Assembly: GCA_023136985.1 (NCBI GenBank)
Contig: JAGLQD010000216.1
Coordinates: forward strand, 1 to 24,087
Direction of reading: 5' to 3'
Length of the DNA stretch: 24,087 bases
From: Candidatus Sabulitectum sp.
GTDB taxonomy: Bacteria; Fermentibacterota; Fermentibacteria; Fermentibacterales; JCC-6
The position numbers and the translations under genes are program-made. The notes below the pieces were generated by a model. That model saw nothing but the letters and a program-made list of their open reading frames with translations, was not told the DNA's origin and did no database searches. Below are positions 6,811-16,053 of the stretch, in pieces; the first letter of the stretch is position 1; every line of letters begins with the position of its first letter.

Positions 6811-9307
6811 CTAACCGGAATCTGAATGCAGGAATTCTTGTGGTTAAACCTTTATCTGTGAGCAGATACACAGGAAGCCAGGCAGGAGTAACAAGAGTGA
6901 TCTGAACATCTGCTCTTCTGGGCTTGATCTCAAGAATACCCGTATCCTCAAGAGCAGCCTCCCATTTTTCTACAATGGTTTCCGCAGCTTCTTTTACCTC
7001 TTCCTCAAGATCTATTATGCTTTCTTCCAGCCTCTCGATCTCTTCCTTTGATTCCTCTATATCAGCCTTTGCTGATTTTGTCATTCGTCTTCTCCGGGCG
7101 GCGCTTGAAAGACCTGAGGTTCTTCTTCTGCCAAAAAGACCCAGCAAACCGGCTATTGATTCACCTGCAGATAACATCTCCTCGTTCTTTCGCCCTTTGT
7201 AGTTGTCTTCATCCTCCTCCAGCTCTCTCTCTTCTTTTGCAAGTTTTGTCTGCAGGCGCTGAAGTTTCGTTCTGGTTTTACCCCGGAGCTTGTCCACTTC
7301 AATATCACGAAGCTCCCTGGCTTTTTCCCGGCAGCGAACAATGAAGTCTGCTTTTGATTCTTCAGGGGAGGCATTCAGTTTAAGTGTGGGGTTGAAGGGA
7401 ATCTCCAGAACACTGTTGTGGTACAGATAGTTGGAGAAATCTCTGGTTATGGTTTTCAAGCTTCTTACTGTAGTCCAGTCTGAAGGGAGTGAATCCTTAA
7501 AGAAGCAATCCGGTTCCGGGTTGTGAGTAAGATCATCAACTGTAAGTTTTCGTGTTTCCGCCTTATCCCATTCCATGATGATTCCCAGGTCATCCGGAGA
7601 GACAAGAAAAGCGCGAACATCTGTTTTGGTAATGTTTCGTTTTCTGTTCAGGAAAGAAACCTTTGCCAGGGCGATAAGAGAAGGCTCATAGTGAAGCTCT
7701 ATTTTCTGCTGCCCTGGGACCTTAACAAGAGCCTGCCCCCTGCTGATATCAACAGGCAGGAAAACTTGCTTAATTCCAGGAGGGAGTACAGGTAGTTTTG
7801 AAGCAGATCTGGTATCTTTAGAAGTAGAAACCGGAGTAGCTGCAGTCGTCTCTGGTTGTGGTATCTCACTGGCAGGAGTCCGGGTAATCTCTTTACTCTG
7901 ATCCAGAGAGCGGATCTGATCACGGGTAAGCGGACCTCTCAGATAGCTCATGGCCCATCTTGTCTGGAAAACAATGGTTTTGTCTTCATGCACATTATGA
8001 AGCAGGAACACTCTGGAATCAAGCGAGGATATGATATTATCGATTTCTGATCTGTTGAATCCCGAACCGGATTCTGCTGAAATGGATTCCAGTCCGTCAA
8101 GAAGGCGTTTCTTGTCGCGATCGGTCTGCAGTCTGCCTATGAACCATGTTCCTGCGTTCGACATACCTTTGTAGTCGATATCCATGGGGTTCTGTGTGGT
8201 AAGTATCAGCCCGAGGCCAAAAGCTCTTGCCTGCTTAAGAAGCCTGAGCAGCGGTTTCTTCGAAGGGGGTTCTGCCACAGGGGGAAGGAATCCGAAAACC
8301 TCGTCAAAGTAAAGAAGAGCCCTGAGGCTGGTTGTGCCTGACTGGGTGCGCATCCATGTAACCACACGCTCAAGCAGAAGAGTAACAAAGAACATTTTCT
8401 GACTGTCAGAAAGGTGGGCAAGGTAGATAATGCTGTGGCGTGGTTTTCCGGAAGGCGTATGAAGAAGTGAAGCAATGTTTAGCGGTTCACCCTCTAGCCA
8501 GGATTGGAAATCAGGAGATGCTATGATGCTGTTCATTGCAATGGCGAATTTAAATCTATCTTTTGCGGGGAAGAAGGTATCTACATTGAAAACACCCAGT
8601 TTTTCAACAGGAGGAGTCTGTATTGATGTTATAAGAAGGGGAAGATCAAGGCTTTCCTGCTTTTTCCAGTAGTGTTCTATAATTGAAGAGAGCAGAATGT
8701 ATTCCCTACTGGAAAGGGGATCTGCATCAATCCCGATCAAACCAAGCAGAGCGTGCACAACCCCCTGTATCTGCTCTCTGATCAGTTCAGCATCGGTTTC
8801 CCAGCTTAGAAGCGGCGGGGTGAGAGCAGAGAGTATGGATATGCTGATCCCTGCATCAGATCCTGGTGTAAAAACAGAAAACTCTGTACTGTTCTTCAGA
8901 GCCTTTATTCGTTCAGGAGACTGATCCCAATCAGCAAGCCCTTTTCTCCATGCCTCTGCAACCTGCTGGGAGTATTCTTCTACTGTAAGCTCTTTCCTTC
9001 TGGCGTCGTCGATATTTACCCAGGGCTTGAAATCGCCGGGTAGCAGGTTTGGGAAAGTAAGGAGAAGATTTGTGATGTCTCCTTTGGGATCAATGATTAT
9101 TGCAGGAACACTGTCCAGAGCCGCTTCTTCCAGAAGATCAATGCACAGCCCTGTTTTACCTGAACCTGTCATACCCAGGCAGACAGCGTGGGTGGTCAGA
9201 TCTCTGGCATCGTACATAACTTCTTCTCTGGAACATTCTTTCGCATCAAGATCGTACTTGCGTCCTATATAGAAGGCACCGAGTTTTTCTATTCGATTCA
9301 AGACCAT
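6803..9307 (-). CDS. HerA/FtsK-superfamily (DUF87/DUF853-like) ATPase with C-terminal coiled coil
   Basis: Walker A GMTGSGKT, Walker B LLYFDEVFG, LILTTQNP, and a coiled coil ..LQRLQTKLAKEERELEE... True start may be TTG at 9301, which has better SD spacing. Confidence 0.88.
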   Translation of the reverse strand: MVLNRIEKLGAFYIGRKYDLDAKECSREEVMYDARDLTTHAVCLGMTGSGKTGLCIDLLEEAALDSVPAIIIDPKGDITNLLLTFPNLLPGDFKPWVNIDDARRKELTVEEYSQQVAEAWRKGLADWDQSPERIKALKNSTEFSVFTPGSDAGISISILSALTPPLLSWETDAELIREQIQGVVHALLGLIGIDADPLSSREYILLSSIIEHYWKKQESLDLPLLITSIQTPPVEKLGVFNVDTFFPAKDRFKFAIAMNSIIASPDFQSWLEGEPLNIASLLHTPSGKPRHSIIYLAHLSDSQKMFFVTLLLERVVTWMRTQSGTTSLRALLYFDEVFGFLPPVAEPPSKKPLLRLLKQARAFGLGLILTTQNPMDIDYKGMSNAGTWFIGRLQTDRDKKRLLDGLESISAESGSGFNRSEIDNIISSLDSRVFLLHNVHEDKTIVFQTRWAMSYLRGPLTRDQIRSLDQSKEITRTPASEIPQPETTAATPVSTSKDTRSASKLPVLPPGIKQVFLPVDISRGQALVKVPGQQKIELHYEPSLIALAKVSFLNRKRNITKTDVRAFLVSPDDLGIIMEWDKAETRKLTVDDLTHNPEPDCFFKDSLPSDWTTVRSLKTITRDFSNYLYHNSVLEIPFNPTLKLNASPEESKADFIVRCREKARELRDIEVDKLRGKTRTKLQRLQTKLAKEERELEEDEDNYKGRKNEEMLSAGESIAGLLGLFGRRRTSGLSSAARRRRMTKSAKADIEESKEEIERLEESIIDLEEEVKEAAETIVEKWEAALEDTGILEIKPRRADVQITLVTPAWLPVYLLTDKGLTTRIPAFRFRLDD

Positions 9308-9400
9308 CCCCCTTTTGTGCCGCCGAAGAAAAATCTATCAGGCTATTGTTTTGCTGTTGAATATCAACTGTTTGACCATATTCAGCAAGAGATAATTATC

Positions 9401-9853
9401 CTACCAATTTGGCAGAGCCTTTTTCTTCCAGATATAGACCACACTATCCACTTCAGATCTAAGCTCAGGAGTAGATGCAGAAACAGACTGTCCCTTCTTT
9501 TCCAGCTTTCTCAGAAGCAGACCAAGGGCAATAACTATTGAATTAGGCACGATCACATAGAGAATGTCACCGAATCCGAGGATCTCTTTCTGGATTCCGT
9601 ATGAGAAGATGAGCACAGGAGTTCCCAGCAGAACTATCTGCAGGAGAGCTGCATACATCTGATGTTTAACGATCTTCTTAAAGTGTTCCAGATCCTGCTC
9701 TGTTTCAATTCTCGGTGTTCCGGCCATGAATTTTTTCAGTTCTGTCATTAAAACAATACCGCTTATAAGCGACAGGGATGGAAGACCTGCAAGGAGCGCA
9801 ACTATTAATGAATAACTCAACTGTTTATCCCCTTTGCTGTTCCTGCTGTTCAT
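9401..9853 (-). CDS. Hypothetical membrane protein (about 3 TM segments)
   Basis: Hydrophobic segments; GAGG SD; 9 bp downstream of the APH stop in the same orientation. Confidence 0.7.
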   Translation of the reverse strand: MNSRNSKGDKQLSYSLIVALLAGLPSLSLISGIVLMTELKKFMAGTPRIETEQDLEHFKKIVKHQMYAALLQIVLLGTPVLIFSYGIQKEILGFGDILYVIVPNSIVIALGLLLRKLEKKGQSVSASTPELRSEVDSVVYIWKKKALPNW

Positions 9854-9862
9854 TTGCCTCTA

Positions 9863-10771
9863 TCAGAACCAGTAGTCACTCAACTCTTCAACACTGTTGA
9901 ACCGCACGGTATCAGGAAGAGTAGACATGAACCATTTCATGTTCGAGTACCTGTGCAGAAGAAGCATTCTCATTATTCCCCGGGAGTCTCCTTTGTATCC
10001 GTATGTATCAAGAAAGTGATTGAAGAGACCCTTATCCCCGGCACTTATGAAGAGGCCGATAGAACAGAAATCATATTCCGGAACTGCGATCATCGATGGC
10101 TCGAAATCGATGAGCCCGGTAATATTGAAACCTCTGTTGCTTTCTTCCACGAAGAGGTGTTCCTGCATTATCTCGGTGTGGCAGATAACAGACTCAGAGG
10201 AGTTTTCTACCTCATCTGTATTCTGGATGAATCTTGAAATATTCTCTGTCCACGCATTGCTCAGACCGGATTCTCTGTGATTTTGAAGAAGATCAAGTGT
10301 TTGAGTATTTATGAAGTCTTTCCAGCCGGGCTCTCTTGTTGGGAACAGTTCACAGGGCAGAGAATGCAGCTCCTTTAACATATCAGCAATCTGAGCAATA
10401 ATTCGCCTTTTCTCCCAGATCGAGATATCATTCCATACTGATTTTAGCGGAAATCCTTTCTGCTTCTGCATTATCAGGAATGGAAGGCCATTGTAAATTC
10501 CCTTTACAAAAAGCTCCGGAGTGGTAACACTGAGTTTTCCATGAAGAGTTTCCAGGTATTTAGCTTCATTATTACAGAAGGATAATTCGTTTTGTGAGAA
10601 GACTTTCACAATTTTATCCTCTTCAATTTCATACAAAATCCTGGAGCCTTCATAAATGCGTTCTTCCTTGAAATTGAAAGAGTTGGAGCTGCATATGTTC
10701 TCAACCAGTTCAGAGCATAGCGCGTCATCTTTCATCAAAATGCTGAACCGGGTTTCCGCAAGAGATTTCAC
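9863..10771 (-). CDS. Aminoglycoside phosphotransferase/choline kinase-like protein
   Basis: IVKVF, VTTPEL, LKELHSL, CHTEIMQEHLFV, ITGLIDFE..EYDF. Abuts the murI stop. Confidence 0.82.
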   Translation of the reverse strand: MKSLAETRFSILMKDDALCSELVENICSSNSFNFKEERIYEGSRILYEIEEDKIVKVFSQNELSFCNNEAKYLETLHGKLSVTTPELFVKGIYNGLPFLIMQKQKGFPLKSVWNDISIWEKRRIIAQIADMLKELHSLPCELFPTREPGWKDFINTQTLDLLQNHRESGLSNAWTENISRFIQNTDEVENSSESVICHTEIMQEHLFVEESNRGFNITGLIDFEPSMIAVPEYDFCSIGLFISAGDKGLFNHFLDTYGYKGDSRGIMRMLLLHRYSNMKWFMSTLPDTVRFNSVEELSDYWF

Positions 10772-11572
10772 TTACGAACCATCTTTTACAGCAGAGTGTT
10801 TTAGAAGAGAAAAGAGGTATTCTGAAGTTTTCTGCTCCCATTTCATTGAACTGGTAGACAGGTATGAGAATGAGGAACAGAATTCACCTCCTGAAGGTGA
10901 AACAAGATCGAACACGCGATTTGCCACATATGGTCCTGATGAGACTGTTATTACATCCAGGTCCTTTTCAATGAGATCTGCGATCAAAGGGTAGTGTGTA
11001 CAACCCAGGATGAGGTGGCTCAGATCCAGAACTTTCAGCGGTTCAAGCTCTTTGTGCAGTTCTTCCATGAGAGATTCGTTCAAGCCGGTGTCCAGAATGC
11101 TCTCCACAGTTGAAGCAAGCCCCGGCATGGAAACATGAAGGATACTTCCCGCAGGGTCTGTGCGCTGCTTTAACATCTTGAATTTCTCAGATCTTCCTGT
11201 CAATTCTGTGGTAATTACAGCCGCTTTCCTGATCTCTGAAGAATGCTCCCTGTGGTTGAGAACATTTATGTAAGGCTCAACCCCTACAAATGGTGTATCC
11301 CGGTATTTTTCTCTCAACGGCTTAATGGCCGCTGCGGTGGCTGAATTGCAGGCAACCACAATAAGATAACATCCACGCTGAAGCAGCATTTCCGTAATAA
11401 CCTGGCTTCTATTAACAATCTCGGTATCTGTTTTTTCCCCGTAGGGAGAAAAGGCATCATCAGAGATGTAGTCTATTATCACAGATGGAACCTTCTCTAT
11501 TATTCTGTGAAGAATTGAGAAGCCGCCTATCCCCGAGTCAAAGATCCCGATTCTGGTTCTTGGTTCGTTCAT
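10772..11572 (-). CDS. murI: Glutamate racemase
   Basis: IGIFDSGIGG, FSPYGEK, VVACNSAT and LILGCTHYP, with both catalytic Cys present. Confidence 0.95.
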   Translation of the reverse strand: MNEPRTRIGIFDSGIGGFSILHRIIEKVPSVIIDYISDDAFSPYGEKTDTEIVNRSQVITEMLLQRGCYLIVVACNSATAAAIKPLREKYRDTPFVGVEPYINVLNHREHSSEIRKAAVITTELTGRSEKFKMLKQRTDPAGSILHVSMPGLASTVESILDTGLNESLMEELHKELEPLKVLDLSHLILGCTHYPLIADLIEKDLDVITVSSGPYVANRVFDLVSPSGGEFCSSFSYLSTSSMKWEQKTSEYLFSLLKHSAVKDGS

Positions 11573-11697
11573 TTTTTCCTGTTCAAAGATGAAGTTACCT
11601 TAATATGCCTACAGAAGCACCGTTGCGCACAGCCCACATTCTTAACAGTGTTAGAGTGAGCATGGAATACCGGATTAATTTTCAGGAGGAGGCTGAG

Positions 11698-11925
11698 ATG
11701 CCGGGGCTTATTCCAGGATTTATTGTGCAGCAATTTCGTAACAGTGTTCAGTCCGGAACCTTCACAGAAAGCATTCCCTTTTTGATGTTTCAGGATTTAC
11801 ACCTCTTACAGATAAGCTTTCCAAGGTGGGGCACCAGGGCGCTGGAATTTGCAAAAGATGCGTTTGAGAACAACCCCGGCTATTCCAACAAAGAGATGCT
11901 TGCAGAATTGGAAGGAGGAATCTGA
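11698..11925 (+). CDS. Small hypothetical protein (75 aa; track starts at 11605)
   Basis: Strong AGGAGG SD before ATG 11698; fills the gap between opposing genes; no recognised family. Confidence 0.5.
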   Translation: MPGLIPGFIVQQFRNSVQSGTFTESIPFLMFQDLHLLQISFPRWGTRALEFAKDAFENNPGYSNKEMLAELEGGI

Positions 11926-11985
11926 TAGCGAAAGCCTGCGAGCAACACTCTCTATTTCACTTGACTTACATCTGGTAGTAGCCGA

Positions 11986-12501
11986 TCAGCTTCTCTGCAT
12001 TGTTTCTTCGTACACTGTTATGGAAGTAAGGGTTGAAAGTTCATCAGCCATTCTTCTCATTTGATCCGGGTTTCTGGAGACACTCAGGAGATGGTTGTTC
12101 CCGTCCAGTGAGGTAAGGCTTAGCATTGCCGCACTTCCCTGTATTGTTTTAAGAAGGATTTTTTGAATGGAATCGATATTCATGGTTCTTCTCTGAGTAC
12201 CGGGTCTTTTGAAAGTAATTGTCCTTTCCATCTGGTCCACAGTTATTCCAGAACCTAACCCTGCTTTTCTTATGAAGAAACCGATGAGATTTGCCAGTAC
12301 GAAAATCCCCGCTGCTATAATGATGTGTATGTTGTTTGTTATATCGCCCTTACCCTGATCCTGCGGTGTCAGAAGGAAGATTGCACCAAAGATAATAATA
12401 GGAAGGATCCCCATTGCAATGGCTATTACCGGTTTTCCTCCGATACCCATGTTTCCTGCCTTCGCAAAGTATCTGCCATTTTTTTCATTGAAGAATTCCA
12501 C
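11986..12501 (-). CDS. Hypothetical membrane protein (2 TM plus soluble C-terminal domain)
   Basis: Two hydrophobic helices, purine-rich SD, 23 bp downstream of the GHMP kinase gene. Confidence 0.72.
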   Translation of the reverse strand: MEFFNEKNGRYFAKAGNMGIGGKPVIAIAMGILPIIIFGAIFLLTPQDQGKGDITNNIHIIIAAGIFVLANLIGFFIRKAGLGSGITVDQMERTITFKRPGTQRRTMNIDSIQKILLKTIQGSAAMLSLTSLDGNNHLLSVSRNPDQMRRMADELSTLTSITVYEETMQRS

Positions 12502-12524
12502 GGTTATTCCTTTCCCTTATCAAG

Positions 12525-13550
12525 TTACAGTGCAAGATTGTAACAAAATACACCGAAGTCATTTTGAAGAAGAGATCCCAGCTGATTTCTCTCCTTCTTT
12601 CCTTTACAGATGAACTGTGCGGTGCCGTCACCCTGGGAACCAACACCCTTCCCGCCCCAGGCCAGGTTTTCCACTGCTTCATTCCGGAGTACCTGATGAA
12701 GCTTCGGAGCAGTGAGTTCGGAGGGGCAAAGTGGTGCGATCATCTGGTCAAAGATTGCCTGAGCTTCCTTCATCAACTTTCCCAGCTGTTTCGGGTTTCC
12801 ATTCTTTATCGCTCTGCACGCTTCACCTGTTATCCTGTGGTTTTTTACTCCCAGAGCCTGCCTGATCATTGTGTTCCCGCTTGTGAAAGAGGTATTTAGA
12901 TCTTCCAGAATTCTTCGAGTGTTCTTTTCAGACTTCAGGTCTACAATAAGGAAGTATAGCGGTTCTCCAGTGCTCAGGGGTTCTGCCATCATTTCATCAC
13001 CATCAAATGTAAGAAGCACCGGGTTCTTGCCGTATGCACATGCCTGGTCCATTCTTCCGCACAGAGAACCTGTAAGAAGTTCACCTCTGTAGGCAAATTC
13101 CATCTCTTCCTCTTCTGAGAGGTTCAGGTCATGAATTCTGCTGAATGCTCTTGCTACCAGAACGCAGGTTGCCGCAGAGGAGGAAAGTCCTTTCTTGAGA
13201 GGCAGATCTCTTTTGTTGATATTCAGTCTGAGTCCAAGGTTCGGGTATTTCTTCAGAATAATACTTGCAGTTCCTGCTGCATACGAATCAAAGATTCCTG
13301 ATGCAGCCACTTCATCCAGACGATCGAAATAGGAATGCTCCCGGCTGATGGATCCATCAGGAAGGATCTGTGAAATGTGAAAACCTTCTGATGCGGTTTT
13401 TGCAGTGGCGTAGATTCCCTGATCTGTTCCTGCTATGATGCACTTTCCGGTCATTACGGTCTTATCGAATTTTCTCTGTTCTCCCGCCCAGTCAGAATGT
13501 TCACCGAACAGGCAGAGTCTTCCCGGAATAAAGAGATCAATCTTTTTCAA
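12525..13550 (-). CDS. GHMP-family kinase (galactokinase/mevalonate kinase-like)
   Basis: PGRLCLFGEHSDW, LPLKKGLSSSAA, CGRMDQAC, GKGVGSQGDG. Confidence 0.9.
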   Translation of the reverse strand: MKKIDLFIPGRLCLFGEHSDWAGEQRKFDKTVMTGKCIIAGTDQGIYATAKTASEGFHISQILPDGSISREHSYFDRLDEVAASGIFDSYAAGTASIILKKYPNLGLRLNINKRDLPLKKGLSSSAATCVLVARAFSRIHDLNLSEEEEMEFAYRGELLTGSLCGRMDQACAYGKNPVLLTFDGDEMMAEPLSTGEPLYFLIVDLKSEKNTRRILEDLNTSFTSGNTMIRQALGVKNHRITGEACRAIKNGNPKQLGKLMKEAQAIFDQMIAPLCPSELTAPKLHQVLRNEAVENLAWGGKGVGSQGDGTAQFICKGKKERNQLGSLLQNDFGVFCYNLAL

Positions 13551-15513
13551 CTATTTTATCTCCCAGTTCTTCCGCTTCTTTTTCAAGGGTGAACTTCTTC
13601 AGAGTTTCCAGTGTAGGTCTTCCTGTTTTTCTTTCCCAGCCTCTGAGGGTGTAGTATTCATCCATCACCTTTTTAAACTTTTCAGGGTCAAGTGCGACCT
13701 TCTTGCGGATAAGGGGGTTTGTCTGCTGTTCTGCTTTCTCAAAGTATGGAATAACAGATTCATCATCTGCTCTGGATCTGCCCCAATTTCTGACCAGCAA
13801 AGCTCTCTCCAGCTGAATCACTCTCTCTGAAGCATGCTCCAGATCCTTGTCGTTCCACGGGATACCCGTGAGGGATGTGAACATGTGTCTCTCGAACGAT
13901 GGACCTTCCATGTTGCCAGCTCTGGCAAAATTGTCTTCTGTTCTCAGAGAGTATATCCTGGGAAATACCTGATCACACACTGTAAGCGAATCTTTCATTA
14001 CAGATCTCTGACCGTGCCACCATCCGGGGAAAGCTTTTCCTGTGTACCCGCTCACAGGATCGGCACAGGCCTCTGATCCATACACCCTGGCAGATACTTT
14101 CTTGATCCTCTCCCAGTCAAGACCAAGCTCAGGAGAACATATCCTGCTCCATCCCATTATGTTCTGCCCGTAGCCGTGAGCGCTTGAGATTGGGTCACGG
14201 GTGTCAACCGCCCACTGAAGAGCACTTACTACCCAGTACGGGAAGAACACATAGTTGATCCGGTCTCCGTGGCCGTCCCAGTGGCCAGCGTAGCCCCATG
14301 CGGGGAACAGCTCTTTCACTCTGTCTTCTCCGATTCCCAGGCTCTTGCTGGCTCTTACTGTGCCCTCTGAAAGAGCGGAACGGAATTCACCCTCTCTTCC
14401 GGATATGCCTCTCAGCAGAAATGCCCAGAACTTGGGACTGTCCAGATCTATCTCCATACCGTCAATCCTGGTAAGTACCCCATCGTTCTTCAGAAAACGG
14501 AGCCAGGGGATCATACCCACAAGAATTTCCCAGTGGTTCAGTCCCAGATCGTTTGCCATCTGCCCGATCTCAAATCCTGCCTCAAAGCCCAGCTTCCAGT
14601 TGTAGAAGCTGCTCTGAAGTCCGGGGAAGAGTCCAGCAATGCAGTCAACCTGTCCGGAAAGTTTCTTTCCTCTCTGCAGAACAGCAGGAACAGTAGTGTA
14701 GAATCTTGCATCATAGCATTTTACTGCACATCCCTGTGTGCAGGCCTGGTAGCGCTGCCCGAACTTTTTTACCTTTTCTTTATCAAGCTTTGGTGTATGG
14801 GGCCACCCGTGGGATCCGTGAGCTTCATTTCTTACAAGTCGACAGATCTCTGCAAATCTTTCCGGTTCTGCAACCTCCAGCGGAAGAGTTCCGTGAACTG
14901 CAATGGCCTTCAGATTCTTGGAGCCCATAACAGCCCCGTATCCTCCCTGACCGGAAGCACTCTCTGTTTCGGTAGCTGCTATTGCAATGCGAACCTTGTT
15001 TTCTCCTGCAGGGCCTATGGAGAACACACGCCAATCTTTTCCATACTGTTCCATAATAATTTTCTGTGAGGCGTAGATACCTTTTCCCCAGAGGTCTCCG
15101 GCATCCTCAATTGTACAGGATCTGTTCTCTATCTTCAAAAAGACCGGGCTGGCAGCTCTTCCTGTGATAATTATCCCATCAAAGCCGGCATGTTTCAATT
15201 CCGGTCCCCAGTGACCTCCAAAGGATGATCTTGAATACCATTCCACCGGATATCCCTGAGCGGAGATGCCTGACACCGTTGTTCTTCCGGAGAACGGAGC
15301 AGCGGTTCCAGAAAGAGGGCCTGTTAGGATTATCAGCGGGCTTGAAGGATCAAAGGCGCCAGTTCCCGGAGGGATCTCATCCCAGGCTATTCTTGCAGCC
15401 ATAGCCCTGCCGCCGTACCAGTCCGGCAGATAATCCATTGTGTTCTGCTGGTCTATTGATCTTGTGGAAAGATTTACTCTGAGCAGCTTTCCAGCATAAC
15501 CGCCATATTCCAT
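13537..15513 (-). CDS. Aldehyde:ferredoxin oxidoreductase-family (W/Mo-pterin) protein
   Basis: YAGKLLRVNLS, TGPLSG, GGHWGPELKHAGFDGIII.G, IGPAGEN, GAVMGSKNLKAIAV, and a C-terminal YYTLRGW...G.PT motif. Confidence 0.92.
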   Translation of the reverse strand: MEYGGYAGKLLRVNLSTRSIDQQNTMDYLPDWYGGRAMAARIAWDEIPPGTGAFDPSSPLIILTGPLSGTAAPFSGRTTVSGISAQGYPVEWYSRSSFGGHWGPELKHAGFDGIIITGRAASPVFLKIENRSCTIEDAGDLWGKGIYASQKIIMEQYGKDWRVFSIGPAGENKVRIAIAATETESASGQGGYGAVMGSKNLKAIAVHGTLPLEVAEPERFAEICRLVRNEAHGSHGWPHTPKLDKEKVKKFGQRYQACTQGCAVKCYDARFYTTVPAVLQRGKKLSGQVDCIAGLFPGLQSSFYNWKLGFEAGFEIGQMANDLGLNHWEILVGMIPWLRFLKNDGVLTRIDGMEIDLDSPKFWAFLLRGISGREGEFRSALSEGTVRASKSLGIGEDRVKELFPAWGYAGHWDGHGDRINYVFFPYWVVSALQWAVDTRDPISSAHGYGQNIMGWSRICSPELGLDWERIKKVSARVYGSEACADPVSGYTGKAFPGWWHGQRSVMKDSLTVCDQVFPRIYSLRTEDNFARAGNMEGPSFERHMFTSLTGIPWNDKDLEHASERVIQLERALLVRNWGRSRADDESVIPYFEKAEQQTNPLIRKKVALDPEKFKKVMDEYYTLRGWERKTGRPTLETLKKFTLEKEAEELGDKIVEKD

Positions 15514-15516
15514 TAT

Positions 15517-15918
15517 TTATCTTTCTCCTGCAGTGATTGCATTGAATGCGCAGGCTTCTGCGCAGGCTGGTTTGCCGCCGCAGAGATCGCATTTGAGAGG
15601 CGTTTTTCCCTTCAGAAACATTGCTCCGTACGGGCAAGCTGAAATGCACTTTCCGCACATTACACAGAGATCATAGTTTATTTTCCATGCCCCTGTGTGC
15701 TCGTCTTTGAATATGGCTTCAGCGGGACAGACCGCCCTGCACATGGGATATTCACACTGCCTGCAGTAGGTGACAGAGTTGAGCCCGGAAAAGAATTCCA
15801 GGTTTATTTGTATGGCTGATGCTGATCTGTCATGTATGCCCAGATGAACAAGGGCACAGACAGTCTGACAGTTCAGGCATCCTGTGCACAGGTTGGATTT
15901 TACCCTCAGTTCTACCAT
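15517..15918 (-). CDS. 4Fe-4S dicluster-type electron-transfer subunit of the AOR-family enzyme
   Basis: CTGCLNCQTVC, CRQCEYPMCRAVCP, CVMCGKCISACP, CDLCGGKPACAEAC; 3 bp upstream of the AOR gene. Confidence 0.92.
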   Translation of the reverse strand: MVELRVKSNLCTGCLNCQTVCALVHLGIHDRSASAIQINLEFFSGLNSVTYCRQCEYPMCRAVCPAEAIFKDEHTGAWKINYDLCVMCGKCISACPYGAMFLKGKTPLKCDLCGGKPACAEACAFNAITAGER

Positions 15919-15943
15919 ATATGCCTTTCTCTGTTTTCAGCAC

Positions 15944-15972
15944 AAAATGGGTGCTGTGTACCGCAGTGTCAA
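15944..15972 (-). promoter_or_regulatory. Putative sigma70 promoter of the Fe-S/AOR operon
   Basis: Minus-strand TTGACA, 17 bp spacer, then CATTTT (weak -10); the -10 lies within a CAGCAC-N7-GTGCTG inverted repeat. Confidence 0.5.
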
Positions 15973-15997
15973 GTAACTGGCAGGCTTTTCGGTATTC

Positions 15998-16006
15998 TGC
16001 TATTAT
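15998..16006 (+). promoter_or_regulatory. Putative extended -10 promoter for the M48/YgjP gene
   Basis: TG-c-TATTAT about 50-60 bp upstream of the start. Confidence 0.35.
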
Positions 16007-16053
16007 CACGCCTGCTTCAAATCAGTTTTTCAGACAGATCAAATTTGTAACAG

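Noticed and set aside
9863-10771. Antibiotic-resistance gene call
   Set aside because: Fold-level similarity only, atypical catalytic loop, housekeeping context and no mobile element.
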